This document shows, one piece after another, positions 13,220 through 26,254 of a DNA stretch of 64,000 nucleotides. Both the position numbers and the translations under genes were made by a program. The stretch is from Octopus sinensis (Eukaryota): positions 79,980,001 through 80,044,000 of the forward strand of contig NC_043001.1 of assembly GCF_006345805.1 (NCBI RefSeq), in the 5' to 3' direction. The notes beneath the pieces are model-generated. The model had not been told where the DNA came from. It searched no databases and saw nothing but the letters and a program-made list of their open reading frames with translations. Position 1 is the stretch's first letter; every line of letters begins with the position of its first letter.

Positions 13220-13281
13220 CTCTATATTGAATCAATTCGGACTTAATCTTATAAAAAAGATATATTCCTTCTTCAGTAGAA
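13220..13281 (-). ncRNA. Hammerhead motif, array 1 copy 3 (GAAA read as GAA)
   Basis: Same motif with one A missing from the GAAA run; could be a homopolymer sequencing error. Confidence 0.5.
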
Positions 13282-13469
13282 CTTTCGAGGGATATAAATA
13301 AAATACTCACGTATGATCATGGAAAAAGCACAAGCTAAAAACATAACTACACTTGAGTACATCACTTATATCTAAAAATAAAAATTCTTTGGTCAGCCTC
13401 AGAAAACAACGTCCAGACCTTTCGCCGCTACAAATTGTAATGGTTACCAGTCCTCCTATATATAAACAC

Positions 13470-13601
<132 letters not shown>

Positions 13602-13602
13602 T

Positions 13603-13765
13603 GGCGCAGGCGTGTCTGTGTGGTAAGAAGATTGCTTCCCAATCACATAGTTCCGGGTTCAGTCCCAATGTGTGTGGCACCTTGTCAAGTATCTTTTACT
13701 ATAGCCTTGGGCCGACCAAAGCCTTGTGAGTGGCTTTGGTAGACGTAAACTGAAAGAACACCGTC

Positions 13766-13807
<42 letters not shown>

Positions 13808-14078
13808 ATGTGTGTCTATGTTTCTGTGTGTGTGTGTGTCTATGTTTCTGTGTGTGCGCCTTTATGTGTGTGTTTGTCCCCCCCCATCACCACATGAAAA
13901 CCGGCTTTGAGGTGTTTGCTTTCCCGTAACAGCGGTTTGGCAAAATATACCAATAGAATAAGTACTAGGCTTAAAAAAGAAAATAAGTCCTGGTGTCGAT
14001 TTGGTCGACTAAAACCCTTCATATCGGTGCTCCAGCATGGTCGCAGTCAAGTGACTGAAACAAGTAAAAGAATAAAAG
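13603..14078 (+). mobile_element. tRNA-derived SINE with internal microsatellite
   Basis: ggcgcaggcgtgtctgtgtggtaagaag...ccgggttcagtccc head with A/B-box-like motifs, a (TA)n/(TG)n middle, and tail ...ctccagcatggtcgcagtcaagtgactgaaacaagtaaaagaataaaagaa. Confidence 0.85.
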
Positions 14079-14789
14079 AATATATATGCTGTGCGTGTGT
14101 GTTTGTATGAATATTATATATATATATATGTGTTTGTGTGTGTGTGTGTGCGTGTGTATGTATTTATGTATATCTGTATGCATGTATGTATCGGTCGAAA
14201 GGTACTGGCGTCTATTTGTTCAACTAAACCTTTCGAGGTGGTCCTATAGCATGGCCACAATGATCCAATGTCTGAAGCAGTCAAAAGATAAAAGCTATGT
14301 GAGGTAATTAATTATTGCTAGAGAAGAAATATTAACAGCTCATCTGAGAATACTTCTGTTGATAGGAATTATACTGTATTATACTGTATGTAGAATAAAG
14401 TTCAAATGAAGTAATTAAGTTAATATTGATAGGTTATATACCACTTATATTTCTGGTGTAAGGAAGCCATATTAACGAAATATATATAATGAATCATTTA
14501 TGTCTGGTAAAAAGTGAGAAATAAAAGATATAGAGTTAACTCAGTTGTGAGAATTTTCACATACATCTAAGGACTGATGGTTTATAGATGATACTTGAAA
14601 GAAAATATATGTATATTATTCACGTACATCTAGAGAGTGATTATATTTATAAATGGTACTAAAAGAATCAATCTGTCTGTTCAGTTGGAAATATTAAATT
14701 TGACACGGGTCAAACGATTATTGATGGTAATTAAATTTAAATGAATTTAAGAAATAAGAGCCATCTTTTGGCCAAGAAGACCTGATTAA

Positions 14790-15807
14790 ATGATGATCTT
14801 TCCCTTTTCTCTAAATTTTGTGGGTTGTATAAATGCTTAACAACCACAATATGGCAGAATATTTGGTAAACAGCAAACAAGACCTGCTTCAGTATGCTGC
14901 TAGTGCAGAACGAGTTAACAAACATGAACTTCAGAGTGCTCATGAATTCCGATCAAGAACAGCCAAAGAGAGAAAAGAAACCATGCTCCGTAAGGAATTA
15001 CTTGGTTTCACTCAGTTCCACCGTGAAACCAACAAATTAAAAGACCAGGAAGCATAATGGAGGTGGCTCAACAAGAGTGACCTAAGAACGAAGGCTGGAA
15101 ACCTAATCATCGCTGCCCAGGATGAGGCATTGAATACCAACTCAGTGAAAAAGAATATATACCACATGAATGCATGGAACCTCAGCAGAATGTGTAGGAA
15201 AAGAGTCGAAAGCGTGACTCATATTGTTAGTGCTTGTGAAAGTCTTGTGCAGAAAGAGTACAAGCGTAGACACGACAAGGTAGTCCAAAATCTCCACTGG
15301 CTACTATGCCGTAAGTATTGATATGAAGTTACGGGTGCTTGGTACCAACATATACCGGAAAAGGTGACGGATGAAAAGGGGAAGGTAAAAATTCTCTGGG
15401 TCTTTGATTTCCAGACAGACAAGGTGTTAGAGCAGCGAAGGCCGGATGTAGTAACCTTTAGGAGGGACAAAAAAGAATACTTAATAATCGACATGGCAGT
15501 GCCAAGAGATCAACACATCATCATGAAAGAAAAAGAAAATCTCGATAAATATGGAGACCTGAGAATTGAGATCGCTAAGATGTGGCAGCTACGAGAGTCA
15601 AAAAATAAAGGTTATCCCTATTGTCATTGGAGTATCGGAGCAATCTACATGTACTGTAAAAGTCGGCATCACTTGGAGCTGCACGAAAATTGTGTAAAAT
15701 ACTGTCTGTCTGAAATCCTTGTTGTGACTTGACAAACAGTACAAAACCCCGGCAGACACAATATCTTCAATCAACAATTTCATGATACTGTGTACTGTGC
15801 GACTTCT

Positions 15808-15810
<3 letters not shown>
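14790..15810 (+). mobile_element. R4/Dong-like non-LTR retrotransposon 3' remnant (CCHC and RLE nuclease)
   Basis: SRMCRKRVESVTHIVSAC..LVQKEYKRRHDKV (CCHC/RHD) and RRPDVV...IIDMAVP..D...KEKENLDKYGDL (PD..D..EK..KY). The 3' end abuts (TAA)n at 15808. Confidence 0.9.
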
Positions 15811-16004
<194 letters not shown>

Positions 16005-16209
16005 TTCTTTTACTATCCACGGAGGCATAGATGACGTAGATATCACAAAGGCAGACAACACTTACTGAGAAAATTTACATAAAGAATGGACAGAAAGAAA
16101 TGGCAAAATTTAAGTATAGACATTATACAGATAATATGTGATAGCATGAATGATGCTATCATTCTGATACAGGAGAAAGTACCAGTAGGACTATTCAAGG
16201 AATTCAACA

Positions 16210-18330
16210 GCACCAGGATCACTTGACCATCAAGGAGGAGGCATGATTTTTGTCTGAAGTCTTTCCATATAATGTCTGGCCTATTCGCATCTATATTTCT
16301 GTCAGTTTAAATGGTAATCTTCCAGAGGAGTGAGATGCGGTCATTTCCAAGCACTGGAGGGGGTTTGTGTTCCCACCAGTTTTTATCATGGGGCAGGTCC
16401 AGGTTTTTGTAAATGAATATACTGTGTTACTCTATCATGTCTGTTGAGATACTCTGTAGGCACAAGAAGACTGCACATAGAGACAACATGATCAATGGTT
16501 TCATTTTGTTGTTGACATACACAACATATTGGGAAGCTGCCGTTTTTTAATATGCTGGCCTTGTAGGTAGGCATTGATCTTGGGCTGCAATGATAAACCC
16601 TTCTGCTTCTGATTTTACGCCAGAAGACATTAACCACTGATGGGTAAGGGCTTTGTCAGCATCGGCACTTTTAGCTCTCTTTGGGTATTTGCCATTGGTA
16701 TGTCTTGCCATTTATCAGTAAGAATATCTAAGGCAGCAGTTTTAGCACGGATTTTCATACGCTTAGATTTTTCTGTCCTTGTTTCTAGTACATCTAATTC
16801 TGGAATTTGTTGTATTCGGAATTCACTTAGATATTCCTTTGCCTGTTTTGTTACTGAGTACGACGATTTCTTTCTTTCATGCTGTGAGACAAGTTTTAAC
16901 ATCCAATCATCAGAGTTTTCAGGTAGTTATCTAGGCCAATTGTAGCAATCTTCATTGTTAATTCCAATTGTAAATGTCCACGGCCATCCTCTTTCTATAT
17001 CTACCTTAGGGCGGTGCATTCTATGCATTGTCAACAAGTTTTGTATTTTTCTGTCAATATTACCTATTTCATTAATTGACCAGTTAATGGTGTTGAAACT
17101 GTAAGTCACGACCGATATAGCTAAAGCATTGATCGCTCCGATCCTGTTTCTTGCATTCAGTTTGTCTTGATTATTGCCCTTACCATGCGATAACATTCTC
17201 TTCTGACCCTTTCCCTCATCACTGAATGTTTGATTCCGTCCTCTTCGTAGCTCTGCACTGGTTCTAACTCCTTTATGACGTTCTACTGGTCAATATTAAC
17301 ATTGGATGCTTCTGCTATTTTTCTTTTGATAAAGGTAGCTTTTGCACATTTATCGAGGCCAAATTGCATCCTGACGTCATCACTGAATTCTTTAACAATC
17401 GCTAGTAAGCCCTGTAGTTGCCGGTCATTTTTTGCAAAGTGTAGGTACTATTTTGTACATCATCGAGCAATTTCGAGAGATGTATTTAGGCTAGACAAAA
17501 GAGGAGTGGTGATAGTGAGTCACCCTGGAAAGTGCCACATGAAATTCTTACATCTCCAGCATTCAGAGATTCATTGTTACTGTTCAAAGTCAGTGTGGTT
17601 CTCCATGATCTCATTCTTACAGAAAAGGGGTTTCGCAGACTAGCTGCTATTTTATAGAAAATACAGACATTTCTTAATCCAGTTATGTGGTAGACTATCA
17701 TAAGCTTTTTTACAGTCTATGCAGGCCATCGAAAAAGTTTTTGTGTCGTTTCTGAGTCTTCCAAGATCATCTTATTGATGAGTAACTGATCTTTACAACA
17801 ATAGGACCCACGTTTACATCCTTTTTGCTCAATAGAGAATATGCCACTTTCTATCAAAATAACTATAGGTATATTCAGTCAAGACAGATGTTAGTATTTT
17901 ATACATTGTTGTTAAGCAGGTTATGGGTCTATAATTTTTTGGTTCATTTGTTTCTTCATTTTTTGGTTCATTTGTTTCTTCATTTTTTGGAAGTAGGGAT
18001 GTTACACTATTAACCAAGCAAAACATTGTTGTAAAGATTTGTTAGCAGTTCGTTGCTCTCTGGAAATACATCCAAACAGAAGTTAGGAATTTTATCCTTT
18101 CCTGGAGAAGTCCATTTGCTTAACTTCCTGAGGGTAGATCTTACATCCTCTACTTGATACCCCCAATTTTGCTCTTCTAAGGAGTCTAAGTCTGTAGATA
18201 TTCTATCAATCTAAGTGTTTTTCTTCTGCCCTAATTTTATGCCAAAACTCCTGCGCTTCCTCTTTTGATGGGACAGACTTTACTGTAAATGGTATTGGGA
18301 CAGACATTACTGTAACTGGTATTTATATCA
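16210..18330 (-). mobile_element. R4/Dong-like non-LTR retrotransposon remnant (RT, CCHC, RLE)
   Basis: NYRPITCLTTMYKILTS, DQLLINKMILED, GTFQGDSLSPLLFCLA, a YMDD-like region, NARNRIGAINALAISVVTYSF, CCVCQQQNETIDHVVSMC...YLNRHD and NRPDII. Many stops. The 5' side abuts an (ATT)n/(ATC)n tract. Confidence 0.92.
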
Positions 18331-18335
18331 TTATT

Positions 18336-18433
<98 letters not shown>

Positions 18434-18467
18434 TATTATTATTATTATTATTACTATTATTATTATT

Positions 18468-19022
18468 GAGTGAGAGAGCAGTGCATGTCATCAAAGTGAC
18501 ACTGGGATAAAATATACGAAGCCCAGTATAACCATCATGACTACCTATTTGATAAGGGTACACCAGGCACATGCATCACAACCATATGAGCGCGCGATGG
18601 CGATCTCATATCAAGATAAACAGCGCATGACCTTGCAGGTGGGGGGCCCAGTTAGAATTTTCTTCTGGTCGAGTAGCCCATCCCGATCAAAAAGTCCCTG
18701 AATACAGATTGTTTAAGGATGCTGACGAACCACCGATGTTTCCAAAGGTGAATTATCCAAACTTCTAAGAATTCTTTTCAACAAACGGTTATGATGCTCC
18801 CCCACTACTTCTGCTCATGATCAGAGATGTACATATCGTCAGCCACCAAGGGACATGTTCAACTGGTTAAGGTCAAACAACTGACAAGCAAACCTGCGGT
18901 ATTGAGCAGAATATTTGCCGTAGCCCTTCTTTTATACCAAGAGAAATCAATGTACATGATAATACTACCAATCAGTTAAGATCAGAAGTCATGAGAACCA
19001 CTGTCTGGTACCGCATCTGGAA
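18468..19022. mobile_element. ~555-bp non-coding repeat inserted between (ATT)n tracts
   Basis: Complex sequence flanked on both sides by (ATT)n, with no ORF of 60 aa or more. Resembles a recurrent octopus repeat from memory (unverified). Confidence 0.5.
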
Positions 19023-19130
<108 letters not shown>

Positions 19131-19172
19131 CATCATCATCATAATCATCATCATCACTATCATCATCATCAT

Positions 19173-19223
<51 letters not shown>

Positions 19224-19510
19224 TCTAACAGTCCTCGTAATCACCTTGTAATAGCCTCATGTGATTGTATACTGCACTAGCGATGGAGTAATGCCTTCTT
19301 GCGATATATGGCCTCCCATTCTTCTGGTGTTGCAGTGTGGATCGCGTACTCGGCTGATCGTAAGACAAAGTGTCATATATATATCATTTCGTGACGTCTC
19401 TTAACAATCCAATACAGAATGTTATCGTATTTACTATTCTTCTTTTCCGAGATCGATATGATAAGTAACATTCAAGGACCTGGGTCAGTTGAAATGATTT
19501 ATACTCTCAC

Positions 19511-19605
19511 CATAAAATCTATATCTTTTCCGTCTAACGGAGTTCTTCTGGAATATTCGATCTATCACATTTTTGCTTGCGCACATTGATCTACGACTGC
19601 TCAAA
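19511..19605 (-). CDS. Candidate internal coding exon (95 bp, phase 2-1)
   Basis: Acceptor tttacattcAG and donor GTgaga. Open frame LSSRRSMCASKNVIDRIFQKNSVRRKRYRFY bridges 36259-36332 (ends phase 2) and 8454-8531 (starts phase 1). Confidence 0.45.
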
Positions 19606-20184
19606 CTGAATGTAAACTGAATCGATCTGACTAGTCTGGGGAAACCAGCGAAATTCTTAAGATCTAACTCGCTTCCTTTAACTGATGTTTCTATCTTTTA
19701 ATAATTTTATTAATTTCAACAGCTTCAAGAAATAAAATTAATTATATTAATAATATTACTAAGACAAATAACGATAACAACAATTTTGCAATGTCGTAAT
19801 TTGCATTTTCGTTGTTGTTTACAAAAGATAAAGCAAGGAATATTTTTTTTTAAATAGGAGAAAATTGATATTTAAAAAAAATAAATAAAACTTGAATAAT
19901 TTCGTTTGAATGTTGCATGAAACAGTGTGAAAGAAAAAAAACAGAGACTTGTAAAAGAATAAGGGTTTTTCTCTATCACTAGCGGCAATACAGGTGTTTT
20001 AGGATTTGAAATTTTTTTTTTTTTTTGCTTTTTTAATAGCATTCATAAAGAGACTATTAATGGTGCCATAGCAATCGTTAACTTTGAGGCACAATTCTAA
20101 AAAGTTTTCTGACGAACATTTCAATGAATACATTTTAAATTTTTCCTCTACTTCTTTTAATTATTATTATTATTATTATTAATA

Positions 20185-20248
<64 letters not shown>

Positions 20249-20854
20249 ATTATTATTATTATCATTATTATTACTTATTGTTATCGTTGATATTGTTTTA
20301 TTATTTTTATTGTTATAATGTATATTATAATCTTAATATGATTGTTATTAGTAGTATTATATTCGATACTATTCTTATTATCGTTATTATTCTTGTCGTT
20401 ATTATTGGTGGTGGTATTACTATTATTATTTCGCTCTAGCATTCAATTCTCTGTTAATGAAATTAAAGTATGAAAAAGTGTTAAACCCTTCTTGAGTGAA
20501 TCATAAAGAACATATATGTGGGCGGCCCTGAGTTGACGCATACATTTCCTTACCAAACATGCTATTCCAATATTCATTCCAAAGCCTCATTTCTTATTTT
20601 ATGAAAACCAGTATTATAATCCATCTGATTCCTAAGGCAGAATTTCTTATGCATCAATGCCAAGTGCCATCAATACATTTTCAGATAAATAACATAGCAT
20701 AAAGCAAACTTTTCACAACAGATATGCTTTCCGGCAGAAATGTATCCTTCATTATGAAAGCTGAAAAAATAATGTGACCCTATTGATCAGAGATCCAAAC
20801 TTTAAATGCTGTTGACATATTTCTTACATATACACACACGCACAAGAATGCTCA

Positions 20855-20898
<44 letters not shown>

Positions 20899-21060
20899 AA
20901 CACACACACACAACACACATACACACACACACATATATATTATTGTATGTGAACGATGGTCACGCTGAAAGCAAAGCTTTCAACGAACGATGTTGTCAAT
21001 TGTCTTGAGGCTAGTGCTTCACTGGTACTTATTTTATCGACCCTGAGAAGATCGATGCAA

Positions 21061-21143
<83 letters not shown>

Positions 21144-21513
21144 CATGTATGTATGTGTGTGTATATTTACACGAACGAATGTATATATCTGTATATACAT
21201 ATATTCATTAAAAATTATATATACATATATATTTAAGTATGTATTTATACTACTACATTTGTTCATATATATATATATATATATTACATGACAAAATGTG
21301 GACGAAACTGTATTCGCTTGACGTAGAAACATTTCCAACCAGTGTCCTTCAAATACATAGTAGCATTGTTTAGAATGAAAGAGTCACTGTATAATTCACA
21401 CTATCACAGAAAAAAATATCCACCAACCCTGAGTAGTTCGCTGTCGATGTATTCAAAAGATGACACAGGATACACATATATACATACATACACATACATC
21501 TGTACACACACAA

Positions 21514-21565
<52 letters not shown>

Positions 21566-21770
21566 GAAGTTACAAAATTGCACACGGCTGCCTATATTAC
21601 TTTATATATATGTTATACGGGGTGAGAGTGGTTTTTGCCTGAAGATAGCAGCAGTTTGGTACTCGAGTCGCGAGAGCTCTCAGGCTCAGATTCAATAAAA
21701 GAAAATTCATAAATATAAGTCTATATATCTATCTATATACATGCAGAAATGTATATACATACATGTACAT

Positions 21771-21824
<54 letters not shown>

Positions 21825-22089
21825 GTGTGTGTGTGTGTGTCTGCGTATATATATATATATATATATAAATATGTACATAAATATATACATATACATATAT
21901 ATATATACACACAAACACACATACAGACGCATTCTCACACAGACACACACACACAAACACACATATATAACAACGTGTAATAATGGAAGCGGTTACAGAT
22001 AACATACAACTAAAAAGGAAAAATTGAATTGTCACTAGTTGTAACTAAGTGTGCAGGATAGAACCTACGTATATACATATATATTTATA

Positions 22090-22519
22090 GGTGCATGTGT
22101 GGCTGTGAGATAAGAAGTTTGCTTCCCAACCATATGGTTTCGGGTCCAGTCCCAGTGGGTGGCACCTTGAGCAAGTGTCTTCTACTAAAGCCTCGGCCGA
22201 CCAAAACTTTCTGAGTTGATTCGGTAGACGTAGAAAGAAAGATGCCTGTCGTATGTATGTATATATATATATATGCTTTTGTGTGTGTGTATGTGTCTGT
22301 GCGTGTATGTGTGTGTGTATGTGTATGTGTGTATGAGTGTGCGCGTGTGTGTGTCTGTTTTTCTCCGCCCACCATCGCTTGACAAATAAGTGTCCGTTAG
22401 AATTAGTACTAGGCTTACAAAGAATAAGTCCTGTGGTTGATGTGTTCGACTGAAGGTGGAGCTTCAGCGTGGCTGCATTCACATGACTGGAAAAAATAGA
22501 AGAGTAACAGAGCAAAAGA
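22090..22519 (+). mobile_element. tRNA-derived SINE (family of 13603-14078)
   Basis: gtgcatgtgtggctgtgagataagaagtttgcttcccaaccatatggtttcgggtccagtccc...; diverged tail. Confidence 0.8.
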
Positions 22520-22600
<81 letters not shown>

Positions 22601-22619
22601 ATATATAATATATATATAT

Positions 22620-22683
<64 letters not shown>

Positions 22684-23055
22684 ATCTGTACTTGGGGATC
22701 GATAAATCCATGAAACAATTGTGAAGCAGTGAAATAAAATAATAGTATTTCCTCTCTCCTTTCTTCTGAGTTATGATTGAAGAAACTCTGCTGATATTTG
22801 TGGAGTTGCAGGCAAGTGTTTTGCTATACGAACCAAATAACCTTTGTCTGACAACCTGGACACTAGGATAAAATAAATAGCGTAGAAACTAGGGTTGACA
22901 CTAAATTAAGATAACTAAATATACATATATTGAAAGTTCATGAAGCCAAAATACAGGATGCCCTAGGATTAACTACCCATTTCTGTGTAATCTGGCAGGT
23001 TTTTTAAAAATTCCCCTTTATTTATGTTTAGCATGCTTAATATGTGTTAAACCTA

Positions 23056-23410
23056 AGGCGGTGAACTGGCAGAAACGTTAGCACACTGGGCGAATGCTTT
23101 GCACTAATTTGCCTGTCTTTACGTTCTGAGTTCAAATTCCGCCGAGGTCGACTTTGCCTTTCATCTTTTCGGGGCCGATAAATTAAGTACTAGTTGCGTA
23201 CTGGGGTCGATATAGCCGACTGGTCCCCTCCCCAAAAATTTCGGGCCTTATGTCTAGATTAGAAAGGCAGAGTCGTTAGCACGCCGGGGATGATGCTTAG
23301 TGGCATTTCGTCCGTTTCTACGTTCTAAGTTCAAATTCTGATGAGGTCGACTTTGCCTTTCATAATTTCGGGGTCGATAAATTAAATCGACTAACCCCTC
23401 CTCCCAAATT
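23056..23410 (+). mobile_element. Two tandem SINE copies (family of 2196-2431)
   Basis: aggcggtgaactggcagaaacgttagcac...gagttcaaattccgccgaggtcgactttgcctttcatc, repeated from ~23267. Confidence 0.85.
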
Positions 23411-24116
23411 TGAACGCAGAATAGCTATGATAAAAGCAGAAAAATTGGGTAAGTACCCTTATAAGACGGAAAAAAGATTGCCAGCTGGTGGCTACGGGAG
23501 TAGGCGGTTATGGTTATGAATTTATGATTTTATCTTCATTCTTGCTGAATCCTGCTTATCTGTCCACGATAGCTTTTTTTCCAATTTAGCTGCATACATT
23601 TTTTTGGCGTCCATTCCTTGGATGGAGTAAGAGTTTAACTGAACTTAAAGAACGCATTCAGTTAACAGTGTAGGATATAATTCCTAAAATGCTTCAAATG
23701 TGTATCGCAAGTCTAAAAATAGATTTGAAATTTGCATGGAATGAAGACGGAACAAATACTGAATACTTTTAGTTAAAAGGTTTGACGTAAGATTTATAAA
23801 TCTATTTGTTTTGGGAATCAAAATTAAGTAATAAACTATCAGTTTCTGTCAGTTTCTTTTTGATTTTTCCCGATTTCATTGAAATACATAATTAATTCTG
23901 GGAAGCTTGTATATTGTTATAATGATAAGTGTAATGATTATTTAAAACTATTTTGAGAGAAACAGAATTATCTAACCAAGAATATCATGAAGCAAGTCTA
24001 GACATTTTTATTTATCTTCCTGTGGGATTGATTGTTGTAAACAAATGTTTTATATGACCGTTATACACACGTTGAGAATACCTATGTACTACATTCGTGG
24101 TTGTCATAGACACACA

Positions 24117-24177
<61 letters not shown>

Positions 24178-24179
<2 letters not shown>

Positions 24180-24703
24180 AAAAGAAGATAGTTCAAGGAA
24201 CTCTTAACCGGTTTTTAAGCGCATCGAACAAGAACAGCCAGAGTTACGTGTTGATGTTAACGATCCACAATCATCCACATCAGCGATGTAAACCACCAAG
24301 TTGCATGTAACTATTGGTAAATTTAAAATAATTAATTTTTTTTTTAGTATTGCAAATACTAATAATTACTAAATTTGTTTTTTAAGCATAAAAAAGGCTT
24401 TTATTTTACCATGTCTTTTTACATACCGCATTCACCGCCAAATTGTATTCATAAATTTAGATTACTTCTTTTTTTTTTTACTGTAGTAAAAAATAAAAAT
24501 TATTTGTTTGTAAGCTTAAAATAGGTTTATATTAACCATTTATTATTGAAAATGCATTCAAGTACAGAAAGTACAGAACTGGGAATGGTTATTATTGGTT
24601 TAACCTAGAGACAAGTTAATTCGGCCTGGCCTAGCCTAGAGACAAGATAATTCGACTTGTCGTGTCTCCTGGAATCAATTAACGACGTAGAGTGAGGTAT
24701 GCC
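24178..24703 (+). mobile_element. Tigger/pogo-like DNA transposon 3' fragment
   Basis: VQGTLNRFL...DPQSSTSAM* resembles Tigger transposase C-termini. Ends ctggaatcaattaacgacgtagagtgaggtatgcc+TA, a Tigger-like TIR. Confidence 0.55.
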
Positions 24704-25183
24704 TATATATATATAGGGCCTATGGAAGATTGGCTTGATTTAATTTAATCAGGTTAGTTTACCATTAAACAGCAGACGAAACGGTGCATCGTATAAGAAA
24801 TTACAGGGTAAATGTTTTTTAAATTTTCTCCTGTTTACGGAATTGACTTTTATTTGCGGTTGAAGCTTTGGCTGTTATTTCTAGTGGGTGAATGCCTATT
24901 ATGGCCGTTCCTTGATTGTTGATGTTGAACTTAAAATGGTCTATGACTATTTAATTTTTTCCCACTAGGCCGCTGGTGGCAAAAAAATTCTACAAAATTT
25001 TTTTGGCACCCTATATTGATTAATTATGAATTTTCTGGTTAATTCCGTAATGGAATCGACGGCTTATATTTATTTGCTGCCGATAAATTTGGCGCGAGTG
25101 CGATGATTTGAAAATTTTAGGTCAGATATTAACTTGGCAGGGTCGGAAATGCCTCGTGAAAATATCTGTTCCGACTTGTGGCT

Positions 25184-25288
25184 ATTTCTTACTGAAGAAT
25201 CTGAGGCCTATGGAAGATTGGCTTGATTTAATTAATCAGGTTAGTTTACCATTAAACAGCAGACGAAACTGTGCATCGTATAAGAAAT
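25184..25288 (+). ncRNA. Type I hammerhead ribozyme, array 2 copy 1
   Basis: atttctta-CTGAAGA-atctg...cagac-GAAAC-tgtgcatc-GTA-taagaaat. Perfect 8-bp helix I, extended by cttgtg/tacagg; helix II tctg/caga; GUA cleavage after 25280. Confidence 0.75.
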
Positions 25289-25665
25289 TACAGGGTAAAT
25301 GTTTTTTAAATTTTCTCCTGTTACGGAATTGACTTTTATTTGCGGTTGAAGCTTTGGCTGTTATTTCTAGTGGGTGAATGCCTATTATGGCCGTTCCTTG
25401 ATTGTTGATGTTGAACTTAAAATGGTCTAGACTATTTAATTTTTCCCACTAGGCCGCTGGTGGCAAAAAAATTCTACAAAATTTTTTTGGCACCCTATAT
25501 GATTAATTATGAATTTTCTGGTTAATTCCGTAATGGAATCGACGGCTTATATTTATTTGCTGCCGATAAATTTGGCGCGAGTGCGATGATTGAAAATTTT
25601 AGGTCAGATATTAACTTGGCAGGGTCGGAAATGCCTCGTGAAAATATCTGTTCCGACTTGTGGCT

Positions 25666-25771
25666 ATTTCTTACTGAAGAATCTGAGGGCCTATGGAAGA
25701 TTGGCTTGATTTAATTAATCAGGTTAGTTTACCATTAAACAGCAGACGAAACTGTGCATCGTATAAGAAAT
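25666..25771 (+). ncRNA. Type I hammerhead ribozyme, array 2 copy 2
   Basis: Same motif: core CTGAAGA 25674-25680, GAAA 25748-25751, cleavage after 25763. Confidence 0.75.
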
Positions 25772-26148
25772 TACAGGGTAAATGTTTTTTAAATTTTCTC
25801 CTGTTACGGAATTGACTTTTTTGCGGTTGAAGCTTTGGCTGTTATTTCTAGTGGGTGAATGCCTATTATGGCCGTCCTTGATTGTTGATGTTGAACTTAA
25901 AATGGTCTATGACTATTTAATTTTTTCCCACTAGGCCGCTGGTGGCAAAAAAATTCTACAAAATTTTTTTGGCACCCTATATTGATTAATTATGAATTTT
26001 CTGGTTAATTCCGTAATGGAATCGACGGCTTATATTATTTGCTGCCGATAAATTTGGCGCGAGTGCGATGATTTGAAAATTTTAGGTCAGATATTAACTT
26101 GGCAGGGTCGGAAATGCCTCGTGAAAATATCTGTTCCGACTTGTGGCT

Positions 26149-26254
26149 ATTTCTTACTGAAGAATCTGAGGGCCTATGGAAGATTGGCTTGATTTAATTT
26201 AATCAGGTTAGTTTACAATTAAACAGCAGACGAACTGTGCATCGTATAAGAAAT
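26149..26254 (+). ncRNA. Hammerhead motif, array 2 copy 3 (GAAAC read as GAAC)
   Basis: Core 26157-26163; one A missing at 26232-26235; predicted site after 26246. Confidence 0.55.

Larger units (their letters stand above)
12098..13457 (-). repeat. Tandem array of ~495-bp units (about 2.7 copies) bounded by (TA)n; candidate retrozyme array 1
   Basis: Units start at 12098, 12596 and 13088 (catataattaagggctaaagaggg...). Copies differ mainly by small indels, and each has a minus-strand hammerhead motif. Confidence 0.95.

Noticed and set aside
20540-20760. Minus-strand segment with strong acceptor and donor
   Set aside because: All three frames contain stops; at best a non-coding exon, and unsupported.
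23590-23626. Plus-strand 37-bp exon-like segment (tttttccaatttAG...GA|GTaaga), and a hydrophobic ORF start near 28985
   Set aside because: Good splice signals, but no supported chain of exons or promoter; could be chance.
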